Of a stretch of 64,000 bases of DNA, positions 1 to 9,334 are shown piece by piece. A model generated the notes under the pieces. The model searched no databases. It was not told the DNA's origin and worked only from the letters and a program-made list of their open reading frames with translations. Where the stretch lies: NCBI GenBank assembly GCA_041690395.1, contig JAWLHJ010000001.1:160001-224000 (forward strand). The letters are read 5' to 3'. Every line of letters begins with the position of its first letter. Position 1 is the stretch's first letter. Made by a program: the position numbers and the translations under genes. Source of the DNA: Longimicrobiales bacterium (GTDB taxonomy: Bacteria > Gemmatimonadota > Gemmatimonadetes > Longimicrobiales > Gaopeijiaceae).

Positions 1-386
1 GGGAACGTCTCCATGTGGAAGCGCCGGCAATACCCGCACCCGTAGTCCGACATCTCGATGACCTGGACGGGCGCCCCTTCGACGCCCCGGTTGAAGCCCA
101 GCTCGGCGAGGGGAACCTCCCGGAGCGGACCGGTGCGCGAGCCGCTCGACGTGCTCCCGCCTTCCGCTCCGGCGGCCGAAAGCAGGCCACGGGTCACGTC
201 TGCCGGCGAGTCGGAGTCGGCCGAGGGAGCAGCGTCCCCGCCGCAGGACACGAGCAACAGGGGCGCGGCCAGGGCGAAGAGGATCGCGGTGCCCGAGCGC
301 GTAGGCCGGCGCAGCGGGGCGGGCCGGCGCGTGCGATCGGACGAGGTCGTCCCATCGGGGCGGACGGTAGCGGAATCGGGCATCAT
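1..386 (-). CDS. DsbA/thioredoxin-fold lipoprotein (runs off the left edge of the window)
   Basis: Not in the ORF track. Manual translation from ATG 386 gives ...AILFALAAPLLLVSCGG...GVEGAPVQVIEMSDYGCGYCRRFH, i.e. a lipobox plus a CxxC in DsbA context. The start overlaps the ccdA stop (ATGA). Confidence 0.85.
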   Translation of the reverse strand, partial: MMPDSATVRPDGTTSSDRTRRPAPLRRPTRSGTAILFALAAPLLLVSCGGDAAPSADSDSPADVTRGLLSAAGAEGGSTSSGSRTGPLREVPLAELGFNRGVEGAPVQVIEMSDYGCGYCRRFHMETF

Positions 387-1120
387 GGCATATCCAGATC
401 GATGAGCTGCCCCATTCCCGCGAGCATCCCGGTGATTGCGGCGAAACGTCCCGAAACCATCAGGACGCCGACGACGACGAGAACGGCGCCCGCCGCCCGT
501 TGCAGCGGAATCAGCCAACGCCTCGCTCGAGCGGCCCTGGCCAGGAAGACGTTCAGCGCCGAAGAGGCGGCGACGAACGGGACGCCCAGCCCGGCCGCGT
601 AGGCACCGAGCAGGAACATCCCCTCGACCATGGTCGATTCGAGACTGGTGTACAGTAGGATCGAGGCCAGGATCGGTCCAATGCACGGTGTCCAACCCGC
701 GCCGAACGCCATGCCGACGAAAACCGATCCCAGCGGACCCGCGGCCTTGCTCGGGGCGCCCAGCCGGACCTCTCGCGAGAGCCATCCTATCCGGAGAACG
801 CCGAGAAGGTAGAGCCCCAGGAGGAGGATCACGACCCCGCCCAGGCGACTCAGCCACGGGAGCGCACGGGCGATCGGCGTCCCGACGGCCGTGGCGACGA
901 GCCCCAGCGTCATGAACACCATCGTGAAGCCGACGACGAACAGCACGGAGTGCAGCACGGCGGACCGGCGCGCGTCGCCGCTCCCCTCCCGCACCTCCTC
1001 GAGCGTCAGGCCCGAAACGAAGGCCACGTAGCTCGGCACCACCGGGAGGATGCACGGCGACAGGAAGGAGATGAGACCCGCGAGAAAGGCGAGCCCGAAC
1101 GAGACCTGCACCTCCATCAC
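383..1120 (-). CDS. ccdA: Cytochrome c biogenesis protein CcdA (DsbD transmembrane domain)
   Basis: SFLSPCILP and GWTPCIGPIL motifs; about 6 TM helices. Confidence 0.92.
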   Translation of the reverse strand: MMEVQVSFGLAFLAGLISFLSPCILPVVPSYVAFVSGLTLEEVREGSGDARRSAVLHSVLFVVGFTMVFMTLGLVATAVGTPIARALPWLSRLGGVVILLLGLYLLGVLRIGWLSREVRLGAPSKAAGPLGSVFVGMAFGAGWTPCIGPILASILLYTSLESTMVEGMFLLGAYAAGLGVPFVAASSALNVFLARAARARRWLIPLQRAAGAVLVVVGVLMVSGRFAAITGMLAGMGQLIDLDMP

Positions 1121-1202
1121 TGCGCCTGCCGGACCGCGGGGGATCCCCGTCGGCCAACGGGGAATCCACTCCGCGCTCCAGGCGCGAAGGTGCCGCGACC
1201 CA

Positions 1203-2069
1203 TCAGAGGCTGAAGTCGGTCAGCAGACGCTTCTCTTCCTCGCCCAGCGTCGCCTGTACTTCCAGGTAGTCCTCGATGCCACTCCCGTTCAGCTTGTTGC
1301 GAAGGAGCTGATCGAGCTGGAACAGGCCCGCGGAGTTGGAGAGCTCGACCCGGATCCGGATGGGCTTGGCCTCACCACGCTCGATCGACACGGAGTCGAC
1401 CGCCGCCGCGGAGACGGAATGGATGGACAGGGAGCCGGCCGAGAACGGGATGCGGGATCGTCCCTTGGCCATGTCCAGCGCGTCGGCGATGCGCACGACC
1501 CCCGCCTCGAGCGTGAGCGGCTTCCCGCCCGAGCGGTGCGCGATGATCGCGTGCAGGATGTCCGACCGAATGATCGTGCACCTGCGCGCATCGTAGAGCT
1601 CGGGCAGGATCTCCCCGAGCTTCTTCGTCGCCAGGAAGAGGCTGAACGACTCGTGATCTTCGCGGTGGATCGACATCCCGACGTCGTGGAGAAGCGCGGC
1701 GAGCGCGACCACGACCTCTGCATCCTCGGCTTCGAGCTCGTAGTTCCGGACCACGTGGGGCGCGACGCCGGCCTCGACCAGAAGCCGCAACATGCGCACC
1801 GCGATGTTCATGACGATCTTGACGTGGACTGGACCGTGGTCGGTCATCCCGAGGCGTTCCACAGCGTTCACGTTCGCCGCCAGCCACATGCCATACAGGT
1901 CGTCGTCGGCGTTCACGAGCTCCATCGCTCTTCGGAGCTTCGGGCTGTGCCGGTCCGGCACGGTCATCACGATGCGGCGATCGAACCGTTCGTCGATGTC
2001 ACGTGCGACATCGATCGGGTCCGGGACGACCTCGGTCTCGAAGTAGTTGTCGGACCTGGATTTACTCAC
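1203..2069 (-). CDS. HD-superfamily metal-dependent phosphohydrolase
   Basis: DHGPVH...LLHDVG...H...ADALD metal ligands. Confidence 0.85.
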   Translation of the reverse strand: MSKSRSDNYFETEVVPDPIDVARDIDERFDRRIVMTVPDRHSPKLRRAMELVNADDDLYGMWLAANVNAVERLGMTDHGPVHVKIVMNIAVRMLRLLVEAGVAPHVVRNYELEAEDAEVVVALAALLHDVGMSIHREDHESFSLFLATKKLGEILPELYDARRCTIIRSDILHAIIAHRSGGKPLTLEAGVVRIADALDMAKGRSRIPFSAGSLSIHSVSAAAVDSVSIERGEAKPIRIRVELSNSAGLFQLDQLLRNKLNGSGIEDYLEVQATLGEEEKRLLTDFSL

Positions 2070-2075
2070 GATATG

Positions 2076-2480
2076 TCAGCGGCGCCGGCGGGTGAAGCCG
2101 AACAGAAGGAGCCCGGCGGCGGCGCCGAGCAGAGCCCCTCCGAGGAGGGCGCGGCGACCCTCGGCGCTGGACGGCACCGACGGCGCCCATCCGCGCTCGT
2201 CCGCACCGTCATCGAGCGCGACCGTCTCACTCTCGCCGCCCTCCCAGCCGCAGGCGGGACATTCGAGCTCGTCACGATCACGGGCTGTCCGGTTGGCGAA
2301 CTCGACTTCCGCGGCGCAGACGGGGCATCCGTACCCTGACATGAGCGGACCGACCATCCCGTAAAGGGCGCTCTTGGAGAGGTCCAGCCGCTCGGCGATC
2401 TGGTTCACGCTCTCGTCCGAGCCCCAATAGAGCTCGTTCGCGCGGCGCGTGACTTCCGGGTCGCTCGTCGCTCCCTCCAT
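2076..2480 (-). CDS. Hypothetical protein: HTH-like N-terminus, CPVC/CPAC zinc ribbon, C-terminal TM helix
   Basis: ATG 2480 with GGAG RBS; SVNQIAERLDLSKSALY; two CxxC motifs; hydrophobic tail ending RRRR. Confidence 0.7.
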   Translation of the reverse strand: MEGATSDPEVTRRANELYWGSDESVNQIAERLDLSKSALYGMVGPLMSGYGCPVCAAEVEFANRTARDRDELECPACGWEGGESETVALDDGADERGWAPSVPSSAEGRRALLGGALLGAAAGLLLFGFTRRRR

Positions 2481-2568
2481 GTCGCTCCACTCTCTTCGGG
2501 TTGACCCTGGTTCTCCTGACGATGAACATAGCTGGCCCCTTCCGGTCCCGCACGAACAGGAGGCTTCC

Positions 2569-2823
2569 ATGCGTGGCAGAGATCGCGTGCTCCAGAGTCT
2601 CGAGAAGGTCTACCGGGCCGCGTTCGCCGAGGCCGAGAAGGCCGGAGACTCCGGAAAGATGCAGGCGCTGGACCTCGAGTACCAGCGCGACCAGATCCAG
2701 CTCGAAGTACTCCTCGACATCCGGGACCTGCTTGCGACGCCCGAACCCGTCGAAGCGGGCGAAGAGACCATCTCGCTGCTCGAAAAGGCCCAGAAGATCC
2801 GCAACCTGACAAAGCTCCGGTGA
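2569..2823 (+). CDS. Small helical hypothetical protein
   Basis: AGGAGG RBS before ATG 2569; GC3-rich codons; ends 4 nt before pduO. Confidence 0.75.
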   Translation: MRGRDRVLQSLEKVYRAAFAEAEKAGDSGKMQALDLEYQRDQIQLEVLLDIRDLLATPEPVEAGEETISLLEKAQKIRNLTKLR

Positions 2824-2827
2824 CGCC

Positions 2828-3382
2828 ATGAAGATCTACACGCGGTCCGGGGACGACGGCGACACCGCCCTCTTCGGAGGAGGCAGGGTCCCCAAGGCTC
2901 ATGCGCGCGTCGAGGCGTACGGCACCGTCGACGAGCTCAACGCGGTCATCGGGCTCGCCATCGCGCAGACCGCCGACGAGAGCGTCCGCTCCCGCTTGCA
3001 GACCGTGCAACACGATCTGTTCAGCCTCGGTGCCGACCTGGCCACCCCTCCGGCGCGGGACGGGCGGAAGCGGCCATCGACCCCGGAGCTTCCGATCGGG
3101 CGCGTGACCGACATGGAGGGCTGGATCGACGAAGCCGACGAGGAGCTGGCGCCGTTGAGGGCCTTCGTGCTCCCGGGTGGGACGGTCGGGGCCGCGGCGC
3201 TCCACCTCGCCCGGACAGTCTGCCGCCGGGCGGAGCGCGAGGTGGTCCGTCTGGCCGGGAGCGAGCCGGTCAGCGACGCGGTCGTGCCCTACCTCAACCG
3301 ATTGTCGGACTTGCTCTTCACCTTCGCTCGGCTCGAGAACCACCGCAGCGGTGTTCCCGACGTGGAGTGGATCAAGCCGTGA
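2828..3382 (+). CDS. pduO: ATP:cob(I)alamin adenosyltransferase, PduO type
   Basis: MKIYTRSGDDGDT, AYGTVDELN, ARTVCRRAER, YLNRLSD. Confidence 0.95.
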   Translation: MKIYTRSGDDGDTALFGGGRVPKAHARVEAYGTVDELNAVIGLAIAQTADESVRSRLQTVQHDLFSLGADLATPPARDGRKRPSTPELPIGRVTDMEGWIDEADEELAPLRAFVLPGGTVGAAALHLARTVCRRAEREVVRLAGSEPVSDAVVPYLNRLSDLLFTFARLENHRSGVPDVEWIKP

Positions 3383-4221
3383 AACGCCCCTTCACGCTCG
3401 AGCCGCGACCGGGCGACGTGATCCGTGGGGACATACGGCTGCCGGACCCGGGGACGGGGCCGCACGGTGTCGCCCGCACCGCTGTCCTCGTCGTGCACGG
3501 CTTCAAAGGCTTCAAGGACTGGGCGTTCTTCCCTCACACCGCCGACCGCCTGACGGCTGCGGGCCACACCGTCGTGTCGTTCAACTTCTCGCGGAACGGC
3601 GTGGGCGAAGACCTCCTCACGTTCTCCGAGCTCGAGAAGTTCGGCGCGAACACGCTCTCCCTCGAGCTCGACGAGCTGCACCTGGTGCTCGACCGACTCC
3701 GCGACGGAACGTTGCTGGGCTTCATACCGGACCGCGTCGGCGTCCTGGGGCACAGCCGGGGCGGGGGGAGCGCGATCATCGCCGCCTCCGAGGATGAGCG
3801 TGTGGACGCCCTGGTCACGTGGGCGGCGATCTCGACCTTCGACCGGTGGACGGAGGAGGCGAAGGGGGAGTGGCGTCGGGAGGGGCGGGTCTGGATCCCG
3901 AACCTTCGCACGCGGCAGCAGATGCCGCTCGACGTCGCGCTCCTCGAGGACTTCGAGGCCAACCGGGAGCGGTTGGACATCCTCGGGGCCGCTGGGCGAC
4001 TGAACCGTCCGTGGCTCGTGGTGCACGGGACGGGCGACGACACCGTCGACCCCGAGGACGGCCGTAAGCTCGTAGAGGCCGGGCCGAGGGCCAGCGGTCA
4101 TTGGGTCGAGGGTGCCGGACACACCTTCGAGGCCCGGCACCCCTTCGAGGTGTCTTCCCCGGAGCTCGACGACGCGCTCCGCGCCACCCTGGCGCATTTC
4201 GATCGGGCGCTGCGAGGCTGA
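3379..4221 (+). CDS. Alpha/beta hydrolase
   Basis: HGFKGFKDW, GHSRGG nucleophile elbow, HGTGD, GAGHTF; GTGA overlap with pduO. Confidence 0.88.
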   Translation: MKRPFTLEPRPGDVIRGDIRLPDPGTGPHGVARTAVLVVHGFKGFKDWAFFPHTADRLTAAGHTVVSFNFSRNGVGEDLLTFSELEKFGANTLSLELDELHLVLDRLRDGTLLGFIPDRVGVLGHSRGGGSAIIAASEDERVDALVTWAAISTFDRWTEEAKGEWRREGRVWIPNLRTRQQMPLDVALLEDFEANRERLDILGAAGRLNRPWLVVHGTGDDTVDPEDGRKLVEAGPRASGHWVEGAGHTFEARHPFEVSSPELDDALRATLAHFDRALRG

Positions 4222-4227
4222 GGGTCC

Positions 4228-4803
4228 GTGCGAGACGGGGGGCGGGGCGCGGCCATGGCGGCTTCGGTCGTGGCCGTGGCGACCCGGCACGGCTTCGGAC
4301 AGCCCGAGGTGTCGCGGATCGATCGCGCCCTGAAAGAGGCGATGAGGCCCCGCGAAGTCGCTCTCACCGACGACCATCACCCGGCCTACCTCCACCCCGG
4401 GCGAGTCGCGCTGATCCTCCTCAACGATGTCCCGGACGCGACCGCCGAATCGATCGAGCTCGCCGTCCTGATCGAGTCGAGGGATCCGGAGCTCCGCGTC
4501 GGTGACGACCTCGTGCGGGCCCAGGTCGGCGAAGGGGTCGCCGCTGCCCGTGCCACGATCCCGTCGCCCGGATCGGAAGACCTGACCGAGCGCCTCGTGA
4601 CGCTCGACGACGCCACCGCGCTGGCCACACTGGCCGAGCGGCTGGATCATCTCCGCCACGAGCACCTGAGGGACCGGGTGACGCCTTGGCCGCAGATGGT
4701 CGAGGAAGTATCGGCGGTCTGGCTCCCGGTCGCCGACCGTCGATCGTCCACGCTCGCCCGGCGGTATCGACACTGGCTCCGCACCTTCCAGCGACGGCTG
4801 TGA
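4228..4803 (+). CDS. Degenerate HD-domain protein resembling small alarmone (RelA/SpoT, Mesh1) hydrolases
   Basis: YLHPGRVALIL and LAERLDHLRH resemble SAH motifs, but the HD dyad appears replaced. Start uncertain (4228 or 4255). Confidence 0.55.
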   Translation: MRDGGRGAAMAASVVAVATRHGFGQPEVSRIDRALKEAMRPREVALTDDHHPAYLHPGRVALILLNDVPDATAESIELAVLIESRDPELRVGDDLVRAQVGEGVAAARATIPSPGSEDLTERLVTLDDATALATLAERLDHLRHEHLRDRVTPWPQMVEEVSAVWLPVADRRSSTLARRYRHWLRTFQRRL

Positions 4804-4914
4804 GCCGGCCGCGCGCTTGCGGCCTCTACTCGCTTTGATTATCGGTTGTCTTCACGTGCGGGACCCCGTCCGGGTCACCCGCCCGCGACACGCAGCCAAG
4901 GACGTTTGCGGACC

Positions 4915-5148
4915 ATGACATACATCATCACCGAGCCATGCATCGAAACGAAGGACGCGAGTTGCGTGGAGGTGTGCCCGGTCGATTGCATCTACGAGGG
5001 GGATGACCAGTTCTACATCCACCCGGACGAATGCATCGATTGCGGAGCGTGCGAGCCCGAGTGCCCCGTGCAGGCGATCTTCCCGGATACCGACGTGCCG
5101 CCCGAGTGGACGAACTACGTCGAGAAGAACAAGACGCACTTCGAGTAG
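4915..5148 (+). CDS. fdxA: 7Fe-type ferredoxin ([3Fe-4S]/[4Fe-4S])
   Basis: [26 protein letters not shown]...[13 protein letters not shown]. Confidence 0.93.
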   Translation: MTYIITEPCIETKDASCVEVCPVDCIYEGDDQFYIHPDECIDCGACEPECPVQAIFPDTDVPPEWTNYVEKNKTHFE

Positions 5149-5186
5149 CCTCCCGAGACCGACCGGCTCACGCCAGGTGGCGCTGG

Positions 5187-5234
5187 AAAAGCAAAAGCGG
5201 CGAGGGAGACCCGGTCTCTCTCGCCGCTTTGCTT
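5187..5234. terminator. Bidirectional rho-independent terminator
   Basis: AAAGCGGCGAGGGAGAC-ccg-GTCTCTCTCGCCGCTTT stem with A/T flanks, between convergent genes. Confidence 0.8.
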
Positions 5235-5249
5235 GCCACCCGGGCTCGC

Positions 5250-5420
5250 TCAGAATCCGACCGCGCGCAACCTGTCCAGGGAGACCGGCTGGGGCGCGGA
5301 CGCGTCGCTCGGAAGGGCCTTGGGGCCCTTGATGTCGACGGGATCCCGTTGTTGACGCACGATCAGCAGCGTCGTCGCGAGCGCCGTGGCACCGAGAAGT
5401 CCGACAACCAGTTTGTTCAT
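5250..5420 (-). CDS. 56-aa small membrane protein
   Basis: MNKLVVGLLGATALATTLLIVRQQ...; GGAG RBS; followed by the terminator. Confidence 0.65.
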   Translation of the reverse strand: MNKLVVGLLGATALATTLLIVRQQRDPVDIKGPKALPSDASAPQPVSLDRLRAVGF

Positions 5421-5598
5421 GGCACGCTCCGAGAGGGGAAGGTCTGTCCGCTCCCGGGCGCAAAAAGCAAGCCATTGGCGGACTCTGTTGGAAGTACACC
5501 GATCATGCGGATTCGTCCCTCCCGGGAGGACATCGAGTGATGCGAGCATGCACCATGATCGCAGAACCCACGCATCGAAAGACCGCGAGGGAGCGCGC

Positions 5599-6786
5599 GT
5601 GACCGCGGAAATCGGAGATGCCGCCGCCCGTTCGGGCGACCCCGTCGCACTCGCGCGGCGCCTCGTCGCCATCCCGTCGGTCAATCCGGACCTCGAGGGC
5701 GACGGGGCCGGAGAGGCGGAGATCGCCGCGTTCTGCACGGGGTTGCTGGCGGGGTGGGGCTTCGACGTATCGACCCGGGAGGCCGTGCCCGGCCGTCCGA
5801 ACGTGGTGGCGCGGCTGAGAGGCACGGGCCCGACGCTCCTCCTGAACGGACATCTCGACACCGTAGGCGTGGCAGGCATGACCGTCGACCCGTTCGCGGC
5901 CGAGCTGAGGGACGGACGTCTCTGGGGCCGGGGGTCGTGCGACATGAAGGGGGGCGTGGCCGCCCTCCTGGCCACGGCACGTGCGCTCGTCGATGCGCCC
6001 GTGGCCGAGCGCCCGAACCTCGTCGTCGCCCTCACGGCGGACGAAGAAAACGCCAGCGTCGGGATGGCCCGCCTCGTCGAGGAAGGTGTCACGGCCGATC
6101 TCGCGGTCGTGTGCGAGCCGACGGAGCTGGCGGTCATGCCGGCCCACAAGGGGTTCGTGTGGATCCGCGCGCTCTTCCGCGGTCGGGCGGCACACGGATC
6201 GAGACCGGAGCTGGGTATCGACGCGATACGGCACGCCGCGCTCTACCTCACGGCGCTGGAGGAGCACGCCGCAGCGCTCCGAAGCGGCTCCGCGCATCCA
6301 CTGCTCGGGCACGGGTCCTTCCACGCGGGCACCATTCGAGGGGGCGCTGCGGCTTCCGTCTACCCCGAGTCGTGCGAGCTCGTCCTGGAGCGTCGAACCC
6401 TCCCGACGGAATCGGTCCACGATGCGGTCGCGCCCTTTCAGGAGGCGCTGGAGGCGCTGGTCACGGACCACCCTGAGATCGATGCCGACCTGGCCGTCAC
6501 GCTGGACCGGCCGGGCACGGAGGTCGCCGAGGACACGCCCGTCGTGCGCGGTCTGCTCGAGGCGCTCGACGAAGAGGGCGTCGCGCCGGCGGTCCGTGGC
6601 ATGAGCGCCTGGGTCGACGCGGCGTACCTGAACGAGGCGGGAATCCCCGCCGTCTGCTTCGGGCCGGGCTCCATCGAGCAGGCCCACACCGCCGACGAAT
6701 GGATCGACGCCGAGGAGATCCGCGTCGCGGCCATGGTTCTCAGCCGCTTCGCGCGCGCCCTGGTGACGAACTTGGACGAGGCTTAG
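5599..6786 (+). CDS. M20 family ArgE/DapE-like deacylase
   Basis: LNGHLDTV, GRGSCDMKGG, DEE, CEPT, AHTADE. Start 5599 (GTG with RBS) or 5548. Confidence 0.9.
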   Translation: MTAEIGDAAARSGDPVALARRLVAIPSVNPDLEGDGAGEAEIAAFCTGLLAGWGFDVSTREAVPGRPNVVARLRGTGPTLLLNGHLDTVGVAGMTVDPFAAELRDGRLWGRGSCDMKGGVAALLATARALVDAPVAERPNLVVALTADEENASVGMARLVEEGVTADLAVVCEPTELAVMPAHKGFVWIRALFRGRAAHGSRPELGIDAIRHAALYLTALEEHAAALRSGSAHPLLGHGSFHAGTIRGGAAASVYPESCELVLERRTLPTESVHDAVAPFQEALEALVTDHPEIDADLAVTLDRPGTEVAEDTPVVRGLLEALDEEGVAPAVRGMSAWVDAAYLNEAGIPAVCFGPGSIEQAHTADEWIDAEEIRVAAMVLSRFARALVTNLDEA

Positions 6787-6796
6787 AGATTGCGGC

Positions 6797-7489
6797 ATGC
6801 CTACACCCTCGAACGCCCCTGACAACGTGCCGCTCGAGCAGGGACGGAAGTCGGCCATCGACGCGCTCTGCGACCACTTCGCTGACGACCGGCTGACAGT
6901 CGAGGAGTTCGAGCGCCGCCTCGACGCGGCCCACCAGGCGCGTTCCTCGAGCGAGCTCGACGCATTGCTCGCGGATCTCCCGACCGCGCCCAACAGCCTG
7001 GCGCGCAGGGCGGCGTCCCCCGAGCAACGCCCCGGAGGTCAGGAGCTGGCGGACCCCGACCGGGTGAAGGACCGCGAGCTCGTCGTCGCCATCATGGGCG
7101 GCAATGGTCGGAAGGGACGCTGGTCGCCGGCACGTCACAGCGTCGTCATGGCGGTCATGGGTGGGGCCGAGCTGGACTTCCGCGACGCGGTCATGCCCCC
7201 TGGCGTCACCGAGGTGCAGATCTACGCGTTCTGGGGCGGAGTGGACATCCTCGTGCCGCCGGACATGCACGTCGAGAGTACGGGCTTCGCCGTCATGGGA
7301 GGCTTCGACCACGCCGCCGAGGATGCCGTGGAGCCGAGTCCGGGAGCACCGTCCCTCCGCATCACGGGCATCGCGGTGATGGGCGGCGTCGACATCTCGG
7401 TCCGCCGCCCCGGCGAGACCGCACGGGACGCCAGACGACGGCGACGGCTCGAGCGGCGGGAGCAGCGGCGGCTGGAACGGGGCGAATAG
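6797..7489 (+). CDS. DUF1707 (SHOCT-like) plus LiaF-like beta-domain protein
   Basis: DRLTVEEFERRLDAAHQARSSSELDALLADLP; repeated AVMGG motifs. Confidence 0.85.
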   Translation: MPTPSNAPDNVPLEQGRKSAIDALCDHFADDRLTVEEFERRLDAAHQARSSSELDALLADLPTAPNSLARRAASPEQRPGGQELADPDRVKDRELVVAIMGGNGRKGRWSPARHSVVMAVMGGAELDFRDAVMPPGVTEVQIYAFWGGVDILVPPDMHVESTGFAVMGGFDHAAEDAVEPSPGAPSLRITGIAVMGGVDISVRRPGETARDARRRRRLERREQRRLERGE

Positions 7490-7553
7490 GTCCCCGGGGA
7501 GAGGCCCCGAGGTCGCCGATCCAGCAGACCGGCAACCCCGGGGGCGCCGAAGC

Positions 7554-8423
7554 TCACCCGCCGAGCGTTCTTCCCAGGTAGTCCTTCAGCCGTGTCCAGG
7601 CGTCGAGCGCCGGCTCGGTCCGCGTCGCGGGATCCTCGTCCACGCGCAGCCAGAACCCGTGGTCGACGTCGTCGTAGATGTGGAGATCGTGCTCCAGACC
7701 GACGGCGTCCATGGCGGCCTCGAACGCCGTGACCTGTTCCGGTGACGGGCCACTGTCGAGCCGGGCGAACGTCCCGTAGACCTCGTGGTCCATCGTGCGC
7801 AGCGCCTCGGGGTCGTCGACGAGACGGCCGTAGAAGATGGCCGTGGCCTCGTGGTTCTCACCGTCGAGACCGAAGGAAAGCGCGATCCCCCCTCCGAAGC
7901 ACCATCCCATGGCGCCTACACGCCCGGTGACGTCGGGCCGTCCGCGCAGGTATCGCACGGCCGAATTCAAGTTCTCTACCACGCGCGGCATGTCGTTCAT
8001 GCTCTCCTGCACGAGCGCCATGTTCTCATCGGGGTTCGATCCCGTGCGACCCTGGAAAAGGTCCGCCGCCAGCGTCACGTACCCCTCCGCCGCGAAGTCG
8101 TCGGCCATCTGACGAACCCGGTCGCTGAGGCCGTTCCACTCGTGGATGATGACCAGAGCCGGGAACGGACCGTCGCCTTCCGGCACCGCCAGATACCCGA
8201 CGGTCTCCTCGTCACCCGGCACGTAGCTGAGGTCCATCCCCTCGAGGGCTCCACCCTCGCCCACGATGGCGGACGGCAACTCGCCCGCAGCCGTCGGCGA
8301 GACCGCGATACGCGATTCGACCGCGGACATCGATGCTTCGGAACCCGTATCGGCCTCATCCCCGGCCCCACCGCACGCGGCGAGCGCGGCCAGGATGGTC
8401 AGCGCGGTGTATGGTCGCTTCAT
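7554..8423 (-). CDS. Dienelactone hydrolase family lipoprotein
   Basis: LAAC lipobox; IHEWNG, GWCFGG, HGF. Confidence 0.88.
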   Translation of the reverse strand: MKRPYTALTILAALAACGGAGDEADTGSEASMSAVESRIAVSPTAAGELPSAIVGEGGALEGMDLSYVPGDEETVGYLAVPEGDGPFPALVIIHEWNGLSDRVRQMADDFAAEGYVTLAADLFQGRTGSNPDENMALVQESMNDMPRVVENLNSAVRYLRGRPDVTGRVGAMGWCFGGGIALSFGLDGENHEATAIFYGRLVDDPEALRTMDHEVYGTFARLDSGPSPEQVTAFEAAMDAVGLEHDLHIYDDVDHGFWLRVDEDPATRTEPALDAWTRLKDYLGRTLGG

Positions 8424-8803
8424 GCCTCTCGACTCCTCTCTGATGATTCGCCGGCTCCCTGTGGAGCGCGAAGCTTGAAAGGGATGCAACACGGGCCTGT
8501 GGGGCAAGGGAGCCGCGACCCACGATGTGTCCCCCATTGAGGACGACCCCGTGGCCAACGGAGTCGTATGGACAGGGCCGTCGAGCACCCCCCTGGGAAG
8601 CGGGAAGGCGCGCACCGCCTGGCGTCCGGGGCCATTACATGGCTGCAGGAACCGATTGGGCACGCCTCTTGTACTTAGTCAGCGCAGGTGACGGGATCCG
8701 TAAAATCTTGTAGGATCACGTCCCGCGTCCGCGTCGGTGTTTCCGGCCGGAGCGTCCGTACCATGAACGGCGAGCAGATCCTCGCCGAAGGACAGGAGAT
8801 TAG

Positions 8804-9235
8804 ATGTTGCGACAGAAGAGCACGAAGCTTCTTTCTGCGATGGTCCTTCCGGTCGGCATCGCGCTTGCGGTCCAGGGTAGCACCCCGGACGCCGCCCCGG
8901 TCGACCGTGCGGAGTCCATGTGGGCCCACCAGGCTATCGAAGTCAGCTACGAGTCGGACGTCGTGCCGATCCTCCAGGAGTACTGCCTGAGCTGTCACGG
9001 CGGTCCGGGGGCCGACGGTGAGATCGTCATCGAGCTCGGGTACGATATGAGCACCTACGAAGGGCTGATGGCCGGGTCGGACTACGGTCCGGTGATCGAG
9101 CCGGGCGATCCGGACGGGAGCCTCTTCCTCGAGATGATCGTCAACGGTGACATGCCCGAGGACGGCGACCCGGTTCCGGCCGAGTTGATCGAGGTCCTCC
9201 GGACATGGATCGCAGAGGGCGCGCAGAACAACTGA
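8804..9235 (+). CDS. Secreted monoheme c-type cytochrome (planctomycete cytochrome c type)
   Basis: Signal peptide; SYESDVVPILQEYCLSCHG; PGDPDGS; MP; WIAEGA. Confidence 0.85.
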   Translation: MLRQKSTKLLSAMVLPVGIALAVQGSTPDAAPVDRAESMWAHQAIEVSYESDVVPILQEYCLSCHGGPGADGEIVIELGYDMSTYEGLMAGSDYGPVIEPGDPDGSLFLEMIVNGDMPEDGDPVPAELIEVLRTWIAEGAQNN

Positions 9236-9260
9236 CGCCAGACGCGACTCCGTAACGACA

Positions 9261-9303
9261 GAAGGGCCGTCCGCTTTCGAAGCGGACGGCCCTTCTTCGT
9301 TTC
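9261..9303. terminator. Rho-independent terminator between convergent genes
   Basis: GAAGGGCCGTCCGCTT-tcg-AAGCGGACGGCCCTTC followed by a T-rich tail. Confidence 0.85.
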
Positions 9304-9334
9304 TCCCGTCAGGACCGGGGTCCGGTCGTGGCGA

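Noticed and set aside
8440..8660. Possible cobalamin riboswitch (GGGAAG-like motifs; pduO in the window)
   Set aside because: Lacks the GGGAA-GGTG-AA-TCC and GCCACTG cores, and the flanking genes are not B12-related.
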